A DNA stretch of 64,000 bases from Gemmatimonadaceae bacterium (GTDB lineage Bacteria > Gemmatimonadota > Gemmatimonadetes > Gemmatimonadales > Gemmatimonadaceae). Shown in pieces: positions 38,607 through 49,377 of the stretch (position 1 is its first letter; every line of letters starts with the position of its first letter). Location: positions 192,001-256,000 of the forward strand of contig JBHYGA010000006.1 in NCBI GenBank assembly GCA_051859245.1, given 5' to 3'. The translations under genes and the position numbers were made by a program. A model generated the notes under the pieces. That model was given only the letters and a program-made list of their open reading frames with translations. It was not told where the DNA came from and did not search any database.

Positions 38607-39179
38607 ATGAAGCAGACAGCGCCTGCGCGCACCTTGCTCTTCTTCTCACAAATCGTCGGCGCAACGCTGCTGCTCGCGGCGGCTTCGCTTAGCGCCCAAT
38701 CGCCCACTCCCGGCACCTATCGACTGCATCTCTGCGCAGCGCGTTGTGCAGCGGCCGATTCAGCGCAGGCACTTGCCGCTGCGACCATCGTGATTGCGGA
38801 TGATTCAATGGCGAACAGCACTGCATGGAAGGATGCAATGACTGCGATCCGCGGGCGCCGACTGATGCGTCAATCCAGTCCAACGGACAACGTGTGCTTC
38901 AATATTGAGCAGCGAAGTAGCAACGTGGGAGCAGAGGAACTTTTCTTTGGTATCTACAGGAATGGCAGCACGCGCTGGAAGCGCACGAGTGCTGACACAC
39001 TGACACTGCGCGTTTTCCAGTCGCCCGACGCGAGCTATGACCTGCGATGGGTAGGAACAGGAGACAGCATCAGCGGCGAAGGCTGGTCAACGGGGTGGCA
39101 GGCAAACAACGCGCCGCACCGCAACGCGTTCTTTGTGGCCGTGCGTACCGGTTCGCCCGCGTCAATCGCGTGCCGATGA
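38607..39179 (+). CDS. Secreted hypothetical protein
   Basis: Signal peptide ending LSA-Q; four Cys. Confidence 0.6.
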   Translation: MKQTAPARTLLFFSQIVGATLLLAAASLSAQSPTPGTYRLHLCAARCAAADSAQALAAATIVIADDSMANSTAWKDAMTAIRGRRLMRQSSPTDNVCFNIEQRSSNVGAEELFFGIYRNGSTRWKRTSADTLTLRVFQSPDASYDLRWVGTGDSISGEGWSTGWQANNAPHRNAFFVAVRTGSPASIACR

Positions 39180-39390
39180 TTGCGGAGACCACGTCGTGCG
39201 TGTCGAAATCGCGACTGAGCCCTGCCTCGCAGTTGAGGCGCTTGGTGGTCGGTATTCGAGGACGAAGGCACGCCGTGTCAGGGTTTTGATGGCAGCGGGC
39301 GCGAGCCAGCGCAGCTAGCCTTGCACGGACGCACTCTCGTCGGGTAAACACGATGCCCGATCAACCTACCGAACGCAGTGTCAGCGGGAG

Positions 39391-41313
39391 ATGTTCGTGA
39401 TCGACCAGCTCATCCAGACGCCCCGCGACCTGCTTTATCGAGGCCTCTTCGAGCATTCGCTTGTGGAGGTACACATGTGGCGCGTCGTTCGCGATGCGTC
39501 CGGTGAAATCGTCACGTGGAAGCTTGTGGACGCCAACCCGAACGCACTCAAGGTCTGGGGGAAAACCCTCGACGAGGTGGTTGGCCTCACCACGGATGAA
39601 ATTTTCCCTGGTGTCGGTGCGTCCCGCACCTTCATGCCGATCGTGCGTGACATCATGACGACGGGCGCGCCGCACGAATGGGAGATCGATTTTCCAGTGA
39701 CCAATCAGATACTGCGCATGGTGAGCTTTCCCGTGGGCGAGTATTTCGTGAGCACCGGCTTCGATGTCACAGACCAACGTCGACAGGAGCAAGCACTCCG
39801 CGAGGCGCTTGACAGTTTGGAGCAGGCGTCTCGCGCTGGTGGTGTCGGTCTCTGGGACTGGGATCTGCGCACCAACCAAGTACACTATTCCGACGAGTGG
39901 AAACGGCAGCTTGGCCACGAACCGCACGAGATTGCCGACAACTATGATGAGTGGCAATCGCGGGTGCACGCCGATGACCTGGTCGACGCACTCAAAAACA
40001 CTCAGGAGCAGATCCAGTCTCCAGGCTCGCAGCAGTCAATGAGCTTCCGCATGCGGCACAAGGACGGATCGTATCGGTGGATCCTTGCGCATTCTACAGT
40101 CTTCACGAATGCGGAAGGCGAACCTGTCCGCATGCTTGGCTCTCACATCGATGTGACCGAACGGCGGCGGCTGGAAGAACAGTTACTGAAGTCGCAAAAG
40201 CTGGAGTCGGTGGGAACACTGGCCGCAGGTATCGCGCACGACTTCAACAATCTGCTTACCGCGATCATGGGCAACCTCTCGCTGCTCAAGTTCGGTGCGC
40301 CGTCAACCGCCGAGGGTCGCTCGCTCCTCACAGAAGTTGAGGAGGCTGCTGGACGGGCAAGGTCTCTCACATCGCAGCTGCTCACCTTTGCGAAAGGCGG
40401 CGCTCCGGTTCCACAGGTGGCCTCGATACAAAACGTGATTGTTGACTCCGCATCGTTTGTGAGCCGAGGCTCGCGCTCACGGTGCGAGTTTGTCATTGAT
40501 GCGCAGCTCAAGAACGTCAACGCCGACGTGGATCAAATCAGCCAGGTGGTTGAGAATCTCGTGATCAACGCGGCACAGGCCATGCCACATGGCGGCATCA
40601 TTACCATCCGCGCATCCAATGTCGTCGTGCATCGGCAAAACGAGTGGGACCTTGCACCTGGTGAGTACGTGAAAGTGTCAGTGACAGACTGTGGCAGCGG
40701 CATCCCGCAGACCCAGCTGGCACGGATCTTTGATCCCTTCTTCACGACAAAAGCCACTGGCTCGGGATTGGGGCTGTCCACTTCATATTCCATTGTCGCT
40801 CGGCACGGCGGCCGATTGACCGTTGAGTCACACGTTGGAACAGGGTCCACGTTCACCTTCTTCCTTCCCGCATCGAACGCCGATGCGCCTCAGCGGGAAG
40901 AACGCGCCGTTGTACGAGGTGCAGGCCGATTGCTGGTCATGGACGACGACGCGCAGTTACGTCGCTTGATGAAGCGGCTGCTCGAGGGGCTGGGTTACGA
41001 GTGCGATGTTGCGGAGGACGGCGACGAGACGCTGGCCCACTTTCGCAAAGCGGTGAGCGACCGTCGCCCCTACGCGGCCGTGATTCTGGACCTGACGATA
41101 CCCGGAAAGGACGGGGGGCGCGAGACACTGGCGCGTCTCAGGAATCTGGATCCCACGGTGGTCGCCGTTGTCGCCAGCGGCTACGATGATGACAACCTGC
41201 TTTCGGGATACAACAATCAGGGCTTTAACGGTCGTCTGAGAAAACCGATGGACATCGCGACACTCAGTGCCGAAATCGCCCGGGTCATCCGACAATCAGG
41301 GCGATCGGCGTGA
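39391..41313 (+). CDS. Hybrid PAS sensor histidine kinase/response regulator
   Basis: PAS/PAC (GLWDWD, VHADD, RHKDGSYRW), AHDFNN, NLVINA, DPFFTTK, GLGL, REC (MDDD, LDLT, KP). Confidence 0.93.
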   Translation: MFVIDQLIQTPRDLLYRGLFEHSLVEVHMWRVVRDASGEIVTWKLVDANPNALKVWGKTLDEVVGLTTDEIFPGVGASRTFMPIVRDIMTTGAPHEWEIDFPVTNQILRMVSFPVGEYFVSTGFDVTDQRRQEQALREALDSLEQASRAGGVGLWDWDLRTNQVHYSDEWKRQLGHEPHEIADNYDEWQSRVHADDLVDALKNTQEQIQSPGSQQSMSFRMRHKDGSYRWILAHSTVFTNAEGEPVRMLGSHIDVTERRRLEEQLLKSQKLESVGTLAAGIAHDFNNLLTAIMGNLSLLKFGAPSTAEGRSLLTEVEEAAGRARSLTSQLLTFAKGGAPVPQVASIQNVIVDSASFVSRGSRSRCEFVIDAQLKNVNADVDQISQVVENLVINAAQAMPHGGIITIRASNVVVHRQNEWDLAPGEYVKVSVTDCGSGIPQTQLARIFDPFFTTKATGSGLGLSTSYSIVARHGGRLTVESHVGTGSTFTFFLPASNADAPQREERAVVRGAGRLLVMDDDAQLRRLMKRLLEGLGYECDVAEDGDETLAHFRKAVSDRRPYAAVILDLTIPGKDGGRETLARLRNLDPTVVAVVASGYDDDNLLSGYNNQGFNGRLRKPMDIATLSAEIARVIRQSGRSA

Positions 41314-41396
41314 CGGTCAGTGATAAAGCACCTGGTTCGAGGGTATGGGACATACGGCGGGCGTGTTGCTCGTTGTAGAATTTTCTGGGAGCACCC

Positions 41397-42275
41397 ATGC
41401 AGATCGACGTGCACATCGTCAACGCGTTCATTGACGGACCAACCGGTGGGAATCCGGCCGGTGTGGTTACGGATGCCAATGCACTGACGGCTTCACAAAA
41501 ACTCAAAGTTGCGCAACAGGTTGGCGTATCCGAAACGGCGTTCGTGTCGAAGTCGGATTCTGCCACCATCAAACTCGATTTCTTCACGCCGACACGACAA
41601 ATCGCGCATTGTGGCCACGCAACGATCGCGACATTCGCGCTCTTGCGCCAAATGGGTTTGGTAGGTGAAGGTCGACTTTCCAAAGAAACCATCGACGGCA
41701 ACCGCGACATTCTGATCGACGGCGAGATGGTCTTCATGGAGCAAGGCGCTCCGGCGTACACACGTGTTGCTGCGGCGTCGGATCTGGGAGGGCGGATTCT
41801 GCAGTCCCTTGGTCTCACGCAATCGCCGTTGCTCGAAGGAAGCGATCCATATGTGGTGAACACCGGGAACTCGTTCCTTGTGATTCCGCTACCGGATGAG
41901 CGCACCGTCTCGGAGCTTCGACCAGACCTCGCACTGGTGGAGTCCGTCAGCGAGGAGCTGGATCTGATCGGGTATTACGCGTTCTCTTTGGAGACGCGCG
42001 TACCAGGCCGTCACGCGGGTACGCGCATGTTTGCGCCACGCTACGGCATTCCGGAAGAAGCGGGAACCGGAATGGCCGCTGGTCCGCTGGCGTGCTTCCT
42101 GCACGATCATCTCGGCGTCGAAAGTCGAGAGTTGTTCATTGAGCAGGGCTGGTTGATGCAGCCGCCATCACCGAGTGTGATTCGCGTGGTGCTCGAAGGC
42201 GGGAACGGAGGAATAGCGCGTCTGATGGCAGGCGGTTCGGCACGTGCTCTGTCATCCATTCGCGTAGATGTGTGA
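41397..42275 (+). CDS. PhzF family isomerase
   Basis: VNAF, GGNPAGVV, SETAFV, CGHAT, RMFAP, EExxTG. Confidence 0.92.
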   Translation: MQIDVHIVNAFIDGPTGGNPAGVVTDANALTASQKLKVAQQVGVSETAFVSKSDSATIKLDFFTPTRQIAHCGHATIATFALLRQMGLVGEGRLSKETIDGNRDILIDGEMVFMEQGAPAYTRVAAASDLGGRILQSLGLTQSPLLEGSDPYVVNTGNSFLVIPLPDERTVSELRPDLALVESVSEELDLIGYYAFSLETRVPGRHAGTRMFAPRYGIPEEAGTGMAAGPLACFLHDHLGVESRELFIEQGWLMQPPSPSVIRVVLEGGNGGIARLMAGGSARALSSIRVDV

Positions 42276-42293
42276 TCCGAAACAACTTCACTA

Positions 42294-42710
42294 ATGACCG
42301 ACATCCCTGATCTTGCGCTCATGCAGCAAGCGCTTGTTGGTGCGCCCGCTCCGGACATCGTGGCGCTTGAAGCGCGCATTCGCGCCGCACAGCTGGAGGC
42401 CGATGTGGCGGCGCTCGACGTGCTTATCTCTGAAGATCTCCTGTTCACCGGGCCCAACGGACAGCTTGGTACCAAGGCGGAAGACCTTGCTCTCCACGGC
42501 TCCGGGGCGGTGCGCTTTCGGGAGCACGAGCCCGAGGAGCTGCGAGTGCGCCGAGTCGGTCCTTCGGTCGTGGTGAGCGCGCTTCGTGCTCGACTGGCCG
42601 TTGATGTTGACGGCACGCGCGTTGAGGGGACGTTTCGCTACACGCGCGTGTGGGCGCAGGAGGACGACGGCGTGTGGCGTGTGGTGGGCGGACATGTGAG
42701 CCCCGCATGA
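42294..42710 (+). CDS. NTF2-like (DUF4440) protein
   Basis: DVAALDxL, RYTRVW...WRVVGGHVS. Confidence 0.8.
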   Translation: MTDIPDLALMQQALVGAPAPDIVALEARIRAAQLEADVAALDVLISEDLLFTGPNGQLGTKAEDLALHGSGAVRFREHEPEELRVRRVGPSVVVSALRARLAVDVDGTRVEGTFRYTRVWAQEDDGVWRVVGGHVSPA

Positions 42711-43942
42711 CACCGCACCTCTTGCTGCTGTCACTCTCCCTGCTGCGTGCGGCGACGGTCGACACGCTCCACGCGGTCGACGTGTACGGTCTTCGCGCAA
42801 CGTCGGAGGCCGATGTTCGCACCGCAATCGGTCTGCGTGCCGGTGATCCGCTGCCACAATCGCTTGACGCTGTTCGTGCGCGGCTACAACGCCTTCCCGG
42901 TGTGGAGGACGTGGATCTCTCGCCCGTGTGCTGCAGTGAGAACGGTCGCACGATTCTCTATGTTGGCATCCGCGAACGTGGCACGCCACCGATCACCTAT
43001 CGACCAGCTCCTGTTGGTGCGGCGCGGCTTCCGTCGGACATCGTGGGCGCCGGCCGCCGATTTGAATCGGCATTGTTGCGCGCCGTACAACGCGGTGTGA
43101 CCGGTGAGGACCACGCACCAGGTTATGCGCTCGCTGAAGACTCGGCGCTGCGATCAGTGCAGCAGGAGTTCATTGCACTCGCCACTGAGCACACGGACAC
43201 GTTGGTTTCCGTGCTCCGGAACGCAGGTGATGCGCGTCACCGTGCGCTGGCTGCACAATTGCTGGCGTACGGTACAAGTCGGCAAGTAATCGCGCGTGAA
43301 TTGTTGCACGCGGTCAGTGACCCAAGTGATGATGTTCGCAACAACGCCGTACGCGCGTTGGCCGTGCTCGCCGATTGGGTGAATCAACACCCCGATAGTG
43401 GCGTTGCGATTCCGTCCGCGCCGTTTGCGGAGTTGTTGCACTCGGTGTCATGGACGGACCGCAATAAGGGCATCATGGTGCTTGTGCCGCTCACGGCTCC
43501 TCGCGACTCGACGCTGCTCGCCGATCTTCGCAGGCGCGCGCTCTTGCCGCTTGTTGAAATGGCGCGTTGGACAAATCCTGGACACGCGCTCGGTCCGTTC
43601 ATTGTTGTGGCGCGGATTGCAGGACTCACCGATGGCGATGCGTTTCAGGCCTTTCAGTCCGGCGCGCGTGAAGCGGTGATTGCGCGGGTGCTCAACAAGT
43701 CTGGCTCACCGCCAACGCATCACGTCTTCACGTCGCGACACACTGATCGCATCGAGCAGCGCCTCGTCGTGCGAGGCCACGATAATCGCACCGTCGTAGG
43801 AGCGCAGCGCGGCTTCCAACCCGTCCAACTGCTCAAGGTCGAGATGATTGGAGGGTTCGTCCAACAGCAGGCACCGTGGCACGTGTGGGCCTGCCATCAC
43901 ACACGCGAGCGCTGCGCGAATCCGTTCGCCGCCGCTCAATGA
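42707..43942 (+). CDS. Secreted POTRA-like plus HEAT-repeat protein
   Basis: YGLR..SEADVR..GLRAGD POTRA-like start; DPSDDVRNNAVRAL HEAT repeat; last ~79 codons overlap the convergent ABC-F gene. Confidence 0.65.
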   Translation: MTPHLLLLSLSLLRAATVDTLHAVDVYGLRATSEADVRTAIGLRAGDPLPQSLDAVRARLQRLPGVEDVDLSPVCCSENGRTILYVGIRERGTPPITYRPAPVGAARLPSDIVGAGRRFESALLRAVQRGVTGEDHAPGYALAEDSALRSVQQEFIALATEHTDTLVSVLRNAGDARHRALAAQLLAYGTSRQVIARELLHAVSDPSDDVRNNAVRALAVLADWVNQHPDSGVAIPSAPFAELLHSVSWTDRNKGIMVLVPLTAPRDSTLLADLRRRALLPLVEMARWTNPGHALGPFIVVARIAGLTDGDAFQAFQSGAREAVIARVLNKSGSPPTHHVFTSRHTDRIEQRLVVRGHDNRTVVGAQRGFQPVQLLKVEMIGGFVQQQAPWHVWACHHTRERCANPFAAAQ

Positions 43943-45325
43943 CGCGACCGGCTGCAGCGCCGCGTCAGCCCGGAAATGAAATCGCGCGAGTGCGGCCCGT
44001 ATCTCCGTGACGTCGGAGGTGGGATGATGCGCTGCGAATGCGTCGAGCACCGTCGTGCCAACATCGAGCAGGGTGGCGTGCTGGTCGAGGAACGCGATCC
44101 GATGCGTTGGCACTCCTCGGTGAATGCTACCAGCAAGTGGGGCGATGTGACCAGCGATCACGCGGAGCAGGGTGCTCTTGCCGGCCCCGTTCGGTCCAAC
44201 CAGCGCCACGCGCTCAGGCCCTCGAATGGAGAGCGTGACGTCAGACAAGAGTGGTATTCCGGGTGCCGGCCCGGCAACGACACCGTCAAGTGAGACCACC
44301 GTGGTGCCCGCCGGCAGACCACTCGGAGGCAGCGTCACGGCGATCCCCTCGTGTGTACTGGCCAACATCGCCGCGTCGCGTCGCCTGGTCTCCGCCGCGG
44401 AAACCAGTCGTGCGGCGGTATCAGTGAGGCGTGCGGTGGTGCCCTCGCTGCGCTCACGCTTGGCGTTGAGCACGAGTTTCGGTTGGCTTCCCGTTTCACG
44501 CGTCCGCCGACCTGCGGCCTCACGCCGCGCCTGACGCTCGCGCACTTCCTGTGCGTGTTGTCGCGCGCGCGCCGCCTCGGCTTCTGCATTCGCGGCGTCG
44601 CGGAACGCTGCCGCGCGTTCAATCTCCCGCTGTTCGCGATAGAAATCCCAACCGCCACCATAGCTGCGAAGTGTCCCGCGTTCGATCGCGACAATGCGCT
44701 CCACGCGCTGCAACAGTGCTCGGTCGTGCGAGACGACAATCAGTCCGCGCGGCCAGTTTTCCACGAGGGATTCAACAGCCAGTCGGCTCTCGCGATCGAG
44801 GTCGTTAGTGGGCTCATCAAGCAGCAGCAGATCCGGTGCGGCAATCAGCTGCGCGGCGATGGCGAGACGCGTGGCTTCGCCGCCGCTCACCTCGTGGATT
44901 AGCCGCTCGAGCGGCAGATGTCCGAGGCGGAGGCGCGCAAGCGCGGCGTTGGCACGCTCTCGCGTGTCCCAGGCATCCCCAATCGTGAGCAGATCGTCGG
45001 CTGAGGCGAGTCCTTCGTCGGCACGGCTGAGCGCGTCAACGATGGGCGCCACGCCGAGACCGTGCGCCACCGTCTCGCCAAGAGCGCTGATTGCACGCTG
45101 GGGCGCGTAGCCTACGCGTGCCGGTCGCATGACATGCCCCGTCGCAGGCACGAGCTCGCCGGCGACCACTCTGAGCAACGTGCTTTTGCCAGAGCCGTTT
45201 GCGCCGATCAAGCCGACCCGTTCGTTCGCCATCGCGAACCGCGGGATTTCCAGCAACGGTCGACCATCGGGCAGCCGCAGAGAGACCCCGTCCAGTATGA
45301 GCGATGAATTGGCGTGTCTAGACAT
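43706..45325 (-). CDS. ABC-F family ATPase
   Basis: Two NBDs (GANGSGKS/SGGE/LLLDEPTN; GPNGAGKS/LSGGE/LLLDEPSN), helical linker, no TM. Confidence 0.92.
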   Translation of the reverse strand: MSRHANSSLILDGVSLRLPDGRPLLEIPRFAMANERVGLIGANGSGKSTLLRVVAGELVPATGHVMRPARVGYAPQRAISALGETVAHGLGVAPIVDALSRADEGLASADDLLTIGDAWDTRERANAALARLRLGHLPLERLIHEVSGGEATRLAIAAQLIAAPDLLLLDEPTNDLDRESRLAVESLVENWPRGLIVVSHDRALLQRVERIVAIERGTLRSYGGGWDFYREQREIERAAAFRDAANAEAEAARARQHAQEVRERQARREAAGRRTRETGSQPKLVLNAKRERSEGTTARLTDTAARLVSAAETRRRDAAMLASTHEGIAVTLPPSGLPAGTTVVSLDGVVAGPAPGIPLLSDVTLSIRGPERVALVGPNGAGKSTLLRVIAGHIAPLAGSIHRGVPTHRIAFLDQHATLLDVGTTVLDAFAAHHPTSDVTEIRAALARFHFRADAALQPVASLSGGERIRAALACVMAGPHVPRCLLLDEPSNHLDLEQLDGLEAALRSYDGAIIVASHDEALLDAISVSRREDVMRWR

Positions 45326-45391
45326 GCGACCAGGGAACTCGTTTCTCAGGGGCCGGTGATAAGAGCTGCGCACACGTGACTAAACTTCAGT

Positions 45392-46819
45392 ATGTCCACA
45401 AATGCTCTCTCGGCCGATGTCGGCCGCGCGCACGTGGTACTTGATGCTACCACGCGTGACGCGAAGCCACACGTGGTGATCCTGGGCGGTGGCTTCGCCG
45501 GTTTGTCGGCGGCTCGCGAGCTTGAGGATGCCCCGGTTCGCGTGACGCTCATTGATCGCGCCAATCACCACGTGTTCCAGCCGCTGTTGTATCAGGTTGC
45601 CACCGCCGGACTTTCGCCCAGCGACATCTCCGTGCCGATTCGCTGGCGACTGCGCAAGCAGCGTAACGTGACCGTGTTGCTTGCGAGCGCGACACGCATT
45701 GATCCGCAGGCGAAGTTTGTCGAGCTCGACAGCGGTGAGCGACGGCTCAGCTACGACTATCTGGTGGTCGCAACGGGTGCACGGCATGCGTACTTCGGTC
45801 GCGACGAATGGGAAGCGCACGCGCCAGGACTCAAGTCGATTGAAGACGCACTCGAAATGCGGCAGCGTTTTCTCATGGCGTTCGAGCTGGCTGAAAAATC
45901 AGAGAGCGAGGCCGAGCGCGATGCACTGTTGACGTTCGTGATTGTGGGCGGTGGTCCGACGGGTGTGGAGTTGGCTGGTGCACTCGCCGAAATCGTCAAG
46001 GGTGCACTCCGACGGGACTTTCGGCGCATTGATACGCGTCGTGCACGTGTGTTGCTTGTGGAAGCGGGTCGGCGCATCCTGCCCACGTTTCCTGAGAAGT
46101 TGTCGTCTGTTGCGCAGCGTGATCTTGAAAAGCTTGGTGTTGAGGTGCGTTTGGGTGTACCTGTGACGCACATCGAAGATTCGGTTGTTACCGTTGGTGC
46201 GGAACAGATTCGCACCGGCGCGATTTTCTGGGCCGCAGGCAATGCTGCGTCTCCACTTGGCGCCATGCTCGGTGCCACTACTGACCGATCCGGGCGCGTG
46301 CAGGTAGCACCTGATCTGTCCGTGCCATCGCATCCGAACGTGTTTGTGGTCGGTGACCTGTGCACGATTGCGCGACGCGACGGGACGCCTGTGCCTGCCG
46401 TTGCGCCGACAGCAAATCAAACGGGCGCGCACGCCGGTCGCATGATTGTGCGCAGTGTGGCGGGCGAATCACGCGAGCCGTTTGTGTATTTTCACAAAGG
46501 GGATCTGGCAACGATCGGACGGCATAAAGCCGTCTCAGCGTTCGGACGTGTAACGGTCACCGGATACATCAGCTGGTTGCTCTGGGTGTTCGTGCATCTG
46601 ATGTACCTTGTTGGATTCCGCAATCGTGTCACGGTGTTTGTGCAGTGGGCGTACGCCTATCTCACCTATCAGCGAGGTGTGCGGCTGCTGTCCACCACAT
46701 GGATACGCGGTGCGCGTCTCGAGCCTGCGGTCACTGCGCCCGCACCGCCTCTGACGGATCAATCCGTGACGCGCGCACCGCCGGAAGCCAGCACGCTGCC
46801 ACACCAATCGCGGCCATGA
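45392..46819 (+). CDS. ndh: Type II NADH:quinone oxidoreductase (NDH-2)
   Basis: GGGFAG, FQPLLYQVAT, GGGPTGVELAG, WAAG, GD. Confidence 0.9.
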   Translation: MSTNALSADVGRAHVVLDATTRDAKPHVVILGGGFAGLSAARELEDAPVRVTLIDRANHHVFQPLLYQVATAGLSPSDISVPIRWRLRKQRNVTVLLASATRIDPQAKFVELDSGERRLSYDYLVVATGARHAYFGRDEWEAHAPGLKSIEDALEMRQRFLMAFELAEKSESEAERDALLTFVIVGGGPTGVELAGALAEIVKGALRRDFRRIDTRRARVLLVEAGRRILPTFPEKLSSVAQRDLEKLGVEVRLGVPVTHIEDSVVTVGAEQIRTGAIFWAAGNAASPLGAMLGATTDRSGRVQVAPDLSVPSHPNVFVVGDLCTIARRDGTPVPAVAPTANQTGAHAGRMIVRSVAGESREPFVYFHKGDLATIGRHKAVSAFGRVTVTGYISWLLWVFVHLMYLVGFRNRVTVFVQWAYAYLTYQRGVRLLSTTWIRGARLEPAVTAPAPPLTDQSVTRAPPEASTLPHQSRP

Positions 46820-49169
46820 TCACTGCGACCGACAACATCGTGGCGGGGTCGTTCGGCTCCACGTTGAAAAGCAGTCCCTGAATCAATCGTGAGAGCGCGA
46901 GCGAGCCCACAACGCCGAGTGTGAGCCCGAGGCCAACGAGCAGCCCGCCTTCTTTCAGAATCATACGTTGCACGTGACCCGGCGACGCACCAAGGCTCAT
47001 GCGAATGCCGATTTCATTTGTGCGGGCGCTCACCGAGAACGCGAGCACCGCCGCAATGCCGATGGCCGCGATGACGAGTGCAAGCAAACCGAACGAGCCC
47101 ACGAGCATCGCGTTGAGTCGACGTGGCCCCACGCTCTCGTCACGAATGGCGTCGATCGTGAGCACGTTTTCCACCGGTTGTGTGGGCGCGACCGAACGCG
47201 CAATCTCGCGCGCTGCAAGCGCGAGGCTCGAGGCGTCGACGGTTGAACGCAGCACCATACCGCCTGACGGGAAATCACCCTGCGCAAACGGGATGAAGGT
47301 GACGGGCACCGGATTCTTGTCGAGTCCGCCGTCCTTGGTGTCGCGCACAACGCCCACCACTTCGCGCCAGTCGCCCGAGATGCCGGTGAAGCTCAGCACT
47401 TCACCCGTCCACGCCACGCGTCGCCCAATCGGATCGATGCCGGGAAACAGCAGCCGCGCGAGCGTCTCGTTGATGATCACCACTTTCGCGCCGCCTGCGC
47501 GATCACCGGCGGTGAAATCGCGCCCTTTGAGCAGCGTTATGCCCGACGCGCGGAAGTAGCCCGGGTCGGCGGTGCGATACTCGCTCTGCGGCACCGCTTC
47601 ACCCTGCGCGGTCACGCGACCTTCCGCTTTCATCTCGAGTTGAAACTGCGCGGAACGCAGCGGCATCGTGGAGCCCACGCCTACCAACTCAACACCAGGC
47701 AACCGCGAAAGCTCGCGCTGCATGCGCTCGTACATTCCCACCGCGCCCTGAAGGCTTGCCTGTTCGGTAAAGTCGATCGGTACTTCCATGGTGAGCACAT
47801 TCCCTGGCTCAAGACCCGGGTCCACCGCCGCTAGGCGCTGCATGGAACGCACCAGCAATCCCGCGCCAGTCAGCAGCACCAACGACACCGCGACCTGCGT
47901 GACGACCAACGCCTGCTGCAGTCGCTTGCGCCGCGAACCTCCAGTGGATTTGGTGCCTCCGGCTCTGAGCCCCGCACCCAGCGCGCCTTCGTCACCAATG
48001 CTCGGCGCGAATGCCAGCATGAGCGCGACCAGCATCGAGAGTGCAAACGTGAAGAGCAGCACCGTGCCGTCTACTACAATCTCATCCGCGCGCGGACTGA
48101 AGCGCGCCGCGAATGTGGACAGCATGCCGACGCCCGCAAACGCGACGACCAGGCCAAGCGCCGCACCCATCAGCGCCAAGACCGCGTTCTCGGCGAGCAG
48201 AAGCCGACGGAGCCGACTGGTGCCCGCACCGAGTGCGGCGCGCACTGTCATTTCATGCTCACGACGCACGCCGCGCATGAGCGTAAGGTTGGCGACGTTG
48301 GCACACGCAATCACGAGTACAAACGCGGCCGCGCCCATCAGCAGATAGAGCGTCAGTCGCGCGTCTTGTCCCAGCACTTCCTGCAGTGGCGTCATGGTCA
48401 CTTTGTAACCGGAGCCGGCGTCGTACGATTCCGGACTGGCCGCGTGCATGCGTTGCGTGATTGTCGCGACTTCGGCCTGCGCCTGTTCCACCGTCGCGCC
48501 AGGCGCGAGCCGCGCGATCATTTCCGTCATGCGATGCGTGCGTCCCTGCACCATCATCGCGCTCACGTGGTGTTCGCTGATGGACATGTTCATCAACGCT
48601 TCAATGCGTCCCGGAAAAAACGGCGCCGGCTGAAGCACGCCGATGACTTCCACCTGTCGGCCACCAATTCGCAGCGAGCGGCCGACGATCGAAGAATCGG
48701 CCGCGTACTGCGATCGCCAGTACCCGTCGGTGAGCATCACCACGGGTGCAGCGCCGGCCCCGTCGTCAGCGTCATTGAAGGACCGGCCAAGCACCGGGCG
48801 CAGTCCCATCACGGAGAGATAGTTGCCGGTGACGAGACCAACGTCGATCTGTCGGGCGTCCTGGTCCTCAACCAGGTTGAGGGTGAGCGGCGAGTATTCG
48901 GCGATCTGGCCGAGCGTTTTGGACTGTTCGCGAAAGTCGTTGATCTCGGGCACGGAGAACGCCGTGTTCTCCATCGCATTGGTCGCGTGCCGCAAGTACA
49001 TCAGGCGGTCGCCTTCCTGATGTGGCAGCGGGCGCAGCAAAACGCCGCGTACCACGCTGAAGATTGCCGTGTTGGCGCCAATCCCGAGTCCGAGCGTGAG
49101 GACTACCGCCGCGGTGAATCCCGGGGAGCGGGCGAGGCTGCGGAGGATGTAGCGGAGCATGATCTTCAT
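46731..49169 (-). CDS. Duplicated MacB/FtsX-like orphan ABC permease
   Basis: LGLGIGANTAIFSVV, IACANVANL, RTNEIGIRMSLGA, PAVRASRIDP; no adjacent ATPase. Confidence 0.9.
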   Translation of the reverse strand: MKIMLRYILRSLARSPGFTAAVVLTLGLGIGANTAIFSVVRGVLLRPLPHQEGDRLMYLRHATNAMENTAFSVPEINDFREQSKTLGQIAEYSPLTLNLVEDQDARQIDVGLVTGNYLSVMGLRPVLGRSFNDADDGAGAAPVVMLTDGYWRSQYAADSSIVGRSLRIGGRQVEVIGVLQPAPFFPGRIEALMNMSISEHHVSAMMVQGRTHRMTEMIARLAPGATVEQAQAEVATITQRMHAASPESYDAGSGYKVTMTPLQEVLGQDARLTLYLLMGAAAFVLVIACANVANLTLMRGVRREHEMTVRAALGAGTSRLRRLLLAENAVLALMGAALGLVVAFAGVGMLSTFAARFSPRADEIVVDGTVLLFTFALSMLVALMLAFAPSIGDEGALGAGLRAGGTKSTGGSRRKRLQQALVVTQVAVSLVLLTGAGLLVRSMQRLAAVDPGLEPGNVLTMEVPIDFTEQASLQGAVGMYERMQRELSRLPGVELVGVGSTMPLRSAQFQLEMKAEGRVTAQGEAVPQSEYRTADPGYFRASGITLLKGRDFTAGDRAGGAKVVIINETLARLLFPGIDPIGRRVAWTGEVLSFTGISGDWREVVGVVRDTKDGGLDKNPVPVTFIPFAQGDFPSGGMVLRSTVDASSLALAAREIARSVAPTQPVENVLTIDAIRDESVGPRRLNAMLVGSFGLLALVIAAIGIAAVLAFSVSARTNEIGIRMSLGASPGHVQRMILKEGGLLVGLGLTLGVVGSLALSRLIQGLLFNVEPNDPATMLSVAVIMAAIGVAACWLPAVRASRIDPSEAVRAQ

Positions 49170-49377
49170 GGTGGTGCCCGTTGCTCGAACGACTGGGGAG
49201 GATGCTGGTCGCTGGTATATGCGCGCCGCCGCAGAGTGCCGCCAGCTGACGGCGAGCCTTCCGTGTGCGGTCGCATCTCAAATCAGTCGATTGGGGCGTC
49301 CGGAGTTCGACAGCGGGGCACCCAACGGTAGTGTCCACAGTCTCGCGGACCGGCGGTTCGATGCTATCCTGCAGTGC

